A DNA stretch of 64,000 nt from Candidatus Bathyarchaeia archaeon. GTDB taxonomy: Archaea > Thermoproteota > Bathyarchaeia > Bathyarchaeales > Bathycorpusculaceae. The notes under the pieces were generated by a model that saw only the letters and a program-made list of their open reading frames with translations, was not told the origin of the DNA and did not search any database. Below are positions 57,931 to 64,000 of this stretch, in pieces. The first letter of the stretch is position 1, and each line of letters begins with the position of its first letter. The stretch is taken from assembly GCA_038883655.1 (NCBI GenBank), contig JAVZLQ010000003.1:160001-224000 (forward strand). The letters run 5' to 3'. The position numbers were made by a program, and so were the translations under genes.

Positions 57931-58904
57931 AACTCTTCCCAAGATAATTTGCCAACCACAACCAGCGCTTCGTTCACTGTTAACATTGGCTTTTTAAATC
58001 CGGAAGCATCGTCAAGTGATATCCTTGGACATGCCGTGTTGACGTAGACGTCTATCGTTGGAAACTCCATTAACACTTCTGGAGTGACCTCCCTGACAGC
58101 AAAAAGGCATACGCTTTTGCCCTTCTCCTCAAGCTTCTGCTTTAGATCCACTGCTTTTTCAAACTGTTTTTGTCCCGGCTTCAAACCCACCAAAACAGCA
58201 ATGTTTTTCGCTTGTTTGGCTTCTTCTATACTAGCCCACCGCTGCTTTACTACTTTCTCCGCATCCTTGTTGATGGAAAAAGCTGTTTTTTCGTATGGGT
58301 CTGCAGTTATCGTGGGTTTAGATGTTGAAAGGGCAACGCCTATTGCGTGGAAACGTCCGCCGCCCACAAAAAGGAAGGCTTCAACGTCTTTCGCTATTGA
58401 CGTTGCATTGCTGTAGTTGCATCCAATCACTTGTCCAGGATAGTTTAGTTGTCCGGCATCGCCTACGATAACGGCTTTTCCAGCATGCAACAGCACATCT
58501 TTAATGCTGTCAATTGCTTGTACATGCTGCACCGTTGTCGTTAACCCTACCTTGCACCACTTCTCAAGCAACGGCAAAGCTTTTTCTACGGTCTCTTCGA
58601 CGCTCACAGTTGCCCTAGCCTCAACGTAAATTGTCGGAACCCGCTCATGTTTTAACATTCTAGAATGTCCATAATGAATTAGGAGGTCAGCGCCTAGACT
58701 TTCCGCGTCAACCGTTGCCAAGTCGCATGCTCCATAACATGGGTCTGCGGAAATGATTGGCAATGCTCCAGCCTTTTCAATTACTTTTGCAAGTCGTGGA
58801 GCTTCTGGTTTTAGGCCTTCTGGAAGCTGAACCAAAACACGTTTCGCCCCGAGCCTTTGTATTTCCCGCTTTATTCTTTCCTCTTCAAGGTCAAAGAGTC
58901 TCAT
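57903..58904 (-). CDS. dph2: Diphthamide biosynthesis enzyme Dph2
   Basis: QLPEGLK, PCYGACD, HYGH, GQVIGC, GGGRFH, TACPRI. Confidence 0.93.
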   Translation of the reverse strand: MRLFDLEEERIKREIQRLGAKRVLVQLPEGLKPEAPRLAKVIEKAGALPIISADPCYGACDLATVDAESLGADLLIHYGHSRMLKHERVPTIYVEARATVSVEETVEKALPLLEKWCKVGLTTTVQHVQAIDSIKDVLLHAGKAVIVGDAGQLNYPGQVIGCNYSNATSIAKDVEAFLFVGGGRFHAIGVALSTSKPTITADPYEKTAFSINKDAEKVVKQRWASIEEAKQAKNIAVLVGLKPGQKQFEKAVDLKQKLEEKGKSVCLFAVREVTPEVLMEFPTIDVYVNTACPRISLDDASGFKKPMLTVNEALVVVGKLSWEELCKRGWFEN

Positions 58905-58954
58905 TTAATCAGACCCTTAAACTTGAAAAACAAGGTTGAAGAGATCACCATCTC

Positions 58955-61417
58955 TTATTCTGTTTCTTCATCCCACCGGGGCGTCCATTCCCATTCACGT
59001 TTGGGTTTTCGCTGTGGGCGCCCGAGGTTTCTCTCCTTTTGTTCCGCAAGCTGCTCAAGGATTATCTTTTGCTCTATGCTTGCAACAAGCTTTTTGGTGG
59101 CAACAACAGCGTCCGCGTTTACTGAGATGCTATCGATTCCAGCCCTTACTAGGAATTCTGTGAAGTCTGGAAGGTTTGATGGCCCTTCTCCACATATCGA
59201 CACTGTGCAGCCATTAGCGTGTGCCACTTTGATTAGGTGGGCGATTATTCTTTTTACTGCCGGGTCTCTTTCGTCAAAATATCCCATCTGTCCTAAGCGT
59301 TCAGAGTCCCTGTCAATCATCAGTATGCCCTGCGTCATGTCATTTGAACCTATTGAAAAGCCATCGCAAAGTTTTGAAAACTCGTCTGCAAGTATCGCGA
59401 TAGAAGGTGTCTCAGCCATGAACCAAACTTGGAAGTCTCTTGACCTTTCTAAGCCTTCTTCGCGCATAATTTCGAGGCATTTCTTGGCTTCCCATAACGT
59501 GCGAACAACTGGAAGCATAACCCAGACGTTCTTGAGTCCCCATTCCTTTCTGCACTTGTTTATTGCTTGACATTCAAGCCTAAACGCCTTTTCGTACCAT
59601 GGGCTTATGTAGCGGCTGCAGCCTCTCCATCCAAGCATCGGATTCGCTTCGACAATTTCATATTTTTCGCCGCCCTTCAACTCCCTATACTCGTTGGTTT
59701 TGAAGTCGCTGAAGCGGACAACCACTGGACGTGGCTGTATGGCTCTCGCGACTGTGGCGATTCCTTCTGCAAGTTTGTCAACAAACTTTTGTGATTGCCC
59801 AGTTTCAACTAGGTACAGTGGATGTTCGCCTATGTAGCTGGCTAATATGAACTCTATGCGCATTAGTCCAATGCCTTCGAAGGGCAAGTCTTTGTATTCC
59901 TCGATTTTTTCTGGGACGCCCAAATTCATGTATATTTTTGTTGCAGTTACCGGCACTGAATAGACGATTCCTCCACCAGTAGAAGTAGTTGGTGAGGCAG
60001 TCGCAGTAGATGATGAAAGCTGCTCTGTCAGTGTTGGCAGGACACCTTCATAAACGACGCCGCTTCTGGCGTCCACGGTGTACTCTTTACCAGTAACCAT
60101 AAGTTTTGTGGCTTTCTCTGTTCCAACAACGCATGGTATGCCAAGCTCTCGGCTGACTATAGCTGCGTGGCATGTTACTCCGCCCTTGTCTGTTACTATT
60201 GCGCCTGCAAGCTTCATGAATGGCACATAATCTGGATTAGTCATATCCGTTACAAGAATGTCTCCCTTTTGCATTATCTTTGCCGCTTCTTGCGGGTTCA
60301 AAACCACTTTTGCCACACCCACACCAAAACCTCTCTTTCCCGCAGCTATACCCCTAACAACGACCTTAAGCATCTCAGCAGGCTTTTCCACAACCTCTTT
60401 TTCTGGAAGCTGCGCCGCCTTCACGCTCCAAACCGTTTCAGGTCTCGACTGTACAATGAAGACGTTGTTTGGGAATGGCAGGTCGCTGTCAATTGCCCAT
60501 TCTATATCTTGGGCTTTTCCATAGTGCTGCTCTATCCGTTTTGCAAGTTCTGCCAACTTAAGTATTTCCTCGTCGTTCAGGCATGGTTGCTCCTGTTTTT
60601 CTGGAGGAACTTCAACGTGAACTGTTTTGCCAGTTTTTGGGTCACGTACGTATTGGACGATTTTCTTTGCGATGTGCTTCTCAATAACTTTTAATGTCCT
60701 TTTATCAACAATAAAGTCGTCTGGGGTCACAGCGCCAGAGACAACAGCTTCGCCTAACCCGTAGTTGCCCTCGATAACTATCTGATTTGGGTCGCCAGTA
60801 ACGGGGTTTATGGTGAACATGACGCCGGCTACTTTAGAGTTAACCATTTTCTGGATGCCAACGCTTATGAAGACTTTTTCATGGGCGAAGCCTTTCTCTG
60901 AACGGTAAAAGATTGCACGTGGCGTGAAGAGACTTGACCAGCATTTCAGGGTTTTTTCCACAACCTCATCGGCGCCCCTAACATTAAGGTATGTCTCTTG
61001 TTGACCAGCGAAGGACGCATCAGGAAGATCTTCGGCTGTGGCGCTTGACCTGACGGCAACAAAAACGTCTTTCATGTTAAGCCGTCTGCACAATTCTTCG
61101 TAGGCTATTCTGATGGCGCTTTCAATTTCCTTCGGTACAGGTGTTGCCTCTATTAATTCACGAATCTTTTTTGAAGCTATCTCGTATTGTTTCGGATCAC
61201 TTGGGTTTGTAACGGTCTCTTGTATTATCTCATATATTTTTGCGGCTATTCCCGTCTCTTCGATGAAGCGCTTGTAGGCATAGGCGGTAACGGCGAAGCC
61301 TGGCGGAACTGGTATGCCTGCGCTGATCATTTCGCCTAAATTGGCGTTTTTGCCGCCTACGGATGGTACGTCTGTTTTCCTAAGGTTTTCGAACCATATC
61401 ACTAAATCTTTCTTCAT
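58955..61417 (-). CDS. ppsA: Phosphoenolpyruvate synthase
   Basis: VGGKNANLGE, AVRSSATAEDLP.ASFAGQQET, DIEWA, GG.TCHAAIVSRE, E.NPMLGWRG, SIGSND; likely start MKKDLV at 61417. Confidence 0.96.
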   Translation of the reverse strand: MKKDLVIWFENLRKTDVPSVGGKNANLGEMISAGIPVPPGFAVTAYAYKRFIEETGIAAKIYEIIQETVTNPSDPKQYEIASKKIRELIEATPVPKEIESAIRIAYEELCRRLNMKDVFVAVRSSATAEDLPDASFAGQQETYLNVRGADEVVEKTLKCWSSLFTPRAIFYRSEKGFAHEKVFISVGIQKMVNSKVAGVMFTINPVTGDPNQIVIEGNYGLGEAVVSGAVTPDDFIVDKRTLKVIEKHIAKKIVQYVRDPKTGKTVHVEVPPEKQEQPCLNDEEILKLAELAKRIEQHYGKAQDIEWAIDSDLPFPNNVFIVQSRPETVWSVKAAQLPEKEVVEKPAEMLKVVVRGIAAGKRGFGVGVAKVVLNPQEAAKIMQKGDILVTDMTNPDYVPFMKLAGAIVTDKGGVTCHAAIVSRELGIPCVVGTEKATKLMVTGKEYTVDARSGVVYEGVLPTLTEQLSSSTATASPTTSTGGGIVYSVPVTATKIYMNLGVPEKIEEYKDLPFEGIGLMRIEFILASYIGEHPLYLVETGQSQKFVDKLAEGIATVARAIQPRPVVVRFSDFKTNEYRELKGGEKYEIVEANPMLGWRGCSRYISPWYEKAFRLECQAINKCRKEWGLKNVWVMLPVVRTLWEAKKCLEIMREEGLERSRDFQVWFMAETPSIAILADEFSKLCDGFSIGSNDMTQGILMIDRDSERLGQMGYFDERDPAVKRIIAHLIKVAHANGCTVSICGEGPSNLPDFTEFLVRAGIDSISVNADAVVATKKLVASIEQKIILEQLAEQKERNLGRPQRKPKREWEWTPRWDEETE

Positions 61418-61418
61418 T

Positions 61419-61937
61419 TCAGTCAATGTTTTTCGCCTCTTCTTTCTGGGCTTTTTCAATTACTATTCTACATGGTATTGGAAGCTTTGCGCTTCCTCGC
61501 CTTAAGGCTTCTTTTGCAACTTCAAGTCCATCTGCGTTAACACAAACGGTGATTATTGTTTGTTTAGGTTCAACGCGAGCTGCAGTTCCTATGGGTTTTC
61601 CAAAGGCTCTGCGCATGCCGTCCTGAAGGCGGTCTGCATGAGCACCAAAAATCATTTTATTTTCTCTAAGTATTACGTGTGGATACGGATGAACTTGTAA
61701 TCGATAATTGTCTGAAAGCTTCTCCATGAGAAGACGATTTGTAGCCACACGTGCCGCTTCAAGGGCGTTGTGGCGGATTTGGGCTTTTTCAAGTGCTATA
61801 AGTTTGGCTTCATATTCGAATTGAGCTTTTGTATTTCCCATGGTGAATTTTGTTATTTTCGGCTGAGGGAAACCCTTTACAAACTCTCTCCTAGTGTAGG
61901 GTTGCCCCTTTACTTCTCTGTAGTTTTTTGCGCGCAT
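61419..61937 (-). CDS. rpl10e: 50S ribosomal protein L16/L10e
   Basis: QIRHNALEAAR, YPH.ILRENK, ADRLQDGMR.AFGKP.G.AARV, KLP. Confidence 0.95.
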   Translation of the reverse strand: MRAKNYREVKGQPYTRREFVKGFPQPKITKFTMGNTKAQFEYEAKLIALEKAQIRHNALEAARVATNRLLMEKLSDNYRLQVHPYPHVILRENKMIFGAHADRLQDGMRRAFGKPIGTAARVEPKQTIITVCVNADGLEVAKEALRRGSAKLPIPCRIVIEKAQKEEAKNID

Positions 61938-62041
61938 ACGGTTTCCCCTTCAGCATACCAGAACCGTTGTATTTAAACGATTTGTTGATGAAATGTTTTG
62001 ATTAAGGTTATGAATTTAAAATATTGTTTCTAAATTAACGA

Positions 62042-62557
62042 CTACAATTTTTTGCCTTTCAGCCATATTTTTGCAAGCTCATCATAGTTTGGAAAAACCT
62101 TTTTCAAAATGGGGATATACATTCGTATTTCGTCATCTGTTAAATACTGAAACTGATACTCGCCCATGTACGGTGCAGGTTCACCATCCCTCGTTTCAAA
62201 TTCAATGTGCATGAATGGATCTCCACGCTTAATGGTGATTGGACAACGGTCGTTGCTTAGATTTACAAGTTCTAAGGCAAGTCGCCCAACAAAACCGCTA
62301 TGAACCTTTGCAGCGTTAAGGAAGGATAACCCCATTCGTCCATACTTGCTTTTCGCTGTTAAATGAGCAACGTAGTTTGGCGGGGTGAAAACTATTTCGT
62401 ATGATATCAGGTTTTTGTGCTCTAGATAGTGAAGCGTTGTCTCCTCCTTCACTGTTAGTATGTAGCTGTCCCCGTCTAACAAATTGTAATCGTATGGATA
62501 GATACACTTGTAGTTCTCAATGAGTTCCTTTAACTTGTCCTTGCCCAGTATGCACAT
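62042..62557 (-). CDS. dCTP deaminase / trimeric dUTPase-fold protein
   Basis: AKSKYGRMG, VHSGFVGRLALELVN, Y.G.YQ.Q motifs (divergent from canonical). Confidence 0.7.
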   Translation of the reverse strand: MCILGKDKLKELIENYKCIYPYDYNLLDGDSYILTVKEETTLHYLEHKNLISYEIVFTPPNYVAHLTAKSKYGRMGLSFLNAAKVHSGFVGRLALELVNLSNDRCPITIKRGDPFMHIEFETRDGEPAPYMGEYQFQYLTDDEIRMYIPILKKVFPNYDELAKIWLKGKKL

Positions 62558-62610
62558 TTTGAAGCCTCAAATTTTCTAGCAATAGTAAAGGTTACACGTT
62601 ATAAGTTTTT

Positions 62611-63231
62611 TCATACCTGCCACTCTGCGTCGAAAAGCACCACCTTTTCAAAGAACGGCAAATTAAGCTCTGCAATAATCTTTGCCTTCATCCCAACGCC
62701 CTTAAACTTTTGCATTGTCTCATCGATCCCCGAAAGGTTTGACTGCATCAAGAGCACACGACCAGAAACTTTCAAGTATCTTGGTGCATCGCAGATGAAG
62801 CGGTCAATCACTCGTCTACCATTTAACCCGCCACACCACGCATACTCAATCCAAGAGAGTTTTCCTGTGTTTCTTGTGGGCAAGTAAGGTGCATTAAAAA
62901 TGATTAGATCGAAAAGCCTTTTCATCTTTAATGGCGCGAACAAGTTTCCTTGAACAAGCATTATTTTATCCGCAACCTTGTTTCGTATCGCGTTTTCTTT
63001 TGCACAACGAATAGCGTGTGGATTTATGTCAACAGCGATCACCTTGGAAGCCCTTATCGCGGCTATTATTCCTAAAATGCCGCATCCCGTGCCCATGTCA
63101 AGAACAACATCGCCATTTTTGACCTCTAAATTTTCTGCAAAAAGAAACGAATCTTCCGCGGGTTCGTAAACATTTTCATAAACATAAAAGATTTTGTTCG
63201 CGAAAAACACGGTTTTATGTTGCAAGTGCAT
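62611..63231 (-). CDS. HemK2/PrmC-family (release factor Gln) methyltransferase
   Basis: VYEPAEDSFL, DMGTGCG, DINPHA, FNAPYLP, W.GG..GR. Confidence 0.88.
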   Translation of the reverse strand: MHLQHKTVFFANKIFYVYENVYEPAEDSFLFAENLEVKNGDVVLDMGTGCGILGIIAAIRASKVIAVDINPHAIRCAKENAIRNKVADKIMLVQGNLFAPLKMKRLFDLIIFNAPYLPTRNTGKLSWIEYAWCGGLNGRRVIDRFICDAPRYLKVSGRVLLMQSNLSGIDETMQKFKGVGMKAKIIAELNLPFFEKVVLFDAEWQV

Positions 63232-64000
63232 TGGCTAATTCTCCGAAATCTTCTGGTGCAAGTTCTCTAACCCGTTTGTCAAAAAGTGCAGAGGATTCCA
63301 GAACATTTTCGAACTTGTTGGTTATTGCAAAACTTGTGCTTCTAATGAACGATGATATCACATTTCTAACTTTTCTGTTGCGGCGATTGAAAAGATATTG
63401 CGTGAGTTTTTGGAGGAGTTTTTCATTCTTCACCGTAAAGGGATGCTGTTTTTTAGGCTTTAGCCGCACAATGACGGAGTCTACCTCTGGTTGTGGATAA
63501 AACATCCAGCTAGGAATTTCGTCTAAAAGCTCCACTTCGGCGTTGTAATATGTTATAACTGTTAACCACCCGTATTCCTCGCTTCCGATCTTGGCGACGA
63601 GGTGGTGAGCAAACTCTTTCTGAAGAACCAGAACTGCACATTCGAAGTTTTTGTTAAAAAGCCATGGAAGCAGTTGTGAGGAAATGTTGTATGGTGGAAC
63701 GGAAGCAACTTTATTAAATTGGGGAACTGGAACTTTGAGAATGTCGCCTTCAATAATCTCCACGTTTGTGTGCGCTTTAAGTTGTCCACGGAGAACTTTC
63801 AAAAGTTTCGAGTCGAACTCAACAGCCAACACCTTTTCGCATCTTTCAGCCAGAAATTTTGTGAGAAAACCTAGGCCAGCGCCAATGTCTAATACTGCGT
63901 CGTTTTTCGTTAAGCAGGCGTGTTCTGCAATTAATTGGAAAGTTGATTGGTTAACCATAAAATTTTGTCCAAGACGCTTTTTCGGAGTAATTCGATACTT
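63215..64000 (-). CDS. rsmA: 16S rRNA dimethyladenosine transferase RsmA/KsgA/Dim1 (5'-truncated by window edge)
   Basis: Frame open to window end (..PKKRLGQNFM), DIGAGLG.LT, E.D, GD.L, QKEFA, YG.L, F.P.P.VDS. Confidence 0.93.
   Translation of the reverse strand, partial: KYRITPKKRLGQNFMVNQSTFQLIAEHACLTKNDAVLDIGAGLGFLTKFLAERCEKVLAVEFDSKLLKVLRGQLKAHTNVEIIEGDILKVPVPQFNKVASVPPYNISSQLLPWLFNKNFECAVLVLQKEFAHHLVAKIGSEEYGWLTVITYYNAEVELLDEIPSWMFYPQPEVDSVIVRLKPKKQHPFTVKNEKLLQKLTQYLFNRRNRKVRNVISSFIRSTSFAITNKFENVLESSALFDKRVRELAPEDFGELANALAT

Noticed and set aside
58857-59570. 237-aa plus-strand ORF
   Set aside because: Antisense shadow of ppsA; Ser-rich with no recognisable motifs
1-64000. CRISPR arrays, rRNA, transposases, Sec/Pyl read-through
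   Set aside because: No regularly spaced repeats, rRNA-like tracts or transposase motifs seen by eye; recognised genes appear complete at their stops

Overview
Gene-dense archaeal chromosomal window. Gene content and order suggest a TACK lineage, most consistent with Bathyarchaeia (inference). It is mostly housekeeping: Alba, tRNA-Leu(GAG), Lrp/glnA/guaA, a nucleotide-sugar operon, Trm112/Trm5/TYW1, SHMT, RFC, GINS/MCM, the PCNA-priL-priS-gins-L44e-S27e-aIF2a-nop10 cluster, and TFS/RpoL/Csl4/Dph2/ppsA/L10e/RsmA. Two accessory blocks stand out. (1) At 27.5-35.7 kb is a glutamate/nitrogen module: an RHH plus multi-V4R-like regulator, a glutamate dehydrogenase with an unrecognised tandem-duplicated ~80-aa N-terminal domain, a KaiC-like protein with degenerate Walker motifs, an FMN glutamate-synthase-like protein and a second canonical GDH. 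Tandem ATGTNCAT boxes sit in three of its intergenic regions. (2) At 44.4-52.8 kb, an island splits priL from priS. It encodes an archaeosortase, a membrane-anchored methyltransferase fusion, GT-C, GH99-like, GT4, radical SAM and Dol-P-sugar synthase, a candidate glycolipid-anchoring or surface-glycan system. Smaller items are an integrin-alpha-like surface protein, a structured alba 5' UTR, a collapsed tldD/pmbA pseudogene, a half-size MFS, a degenerate nucleotide-sugar dehydrogenase and a putative RNA-surveillance operon. No CRISPR array, rRNA, transposase or intein was recognised. All family assignments are by-eye motif recognition, with no database searches.
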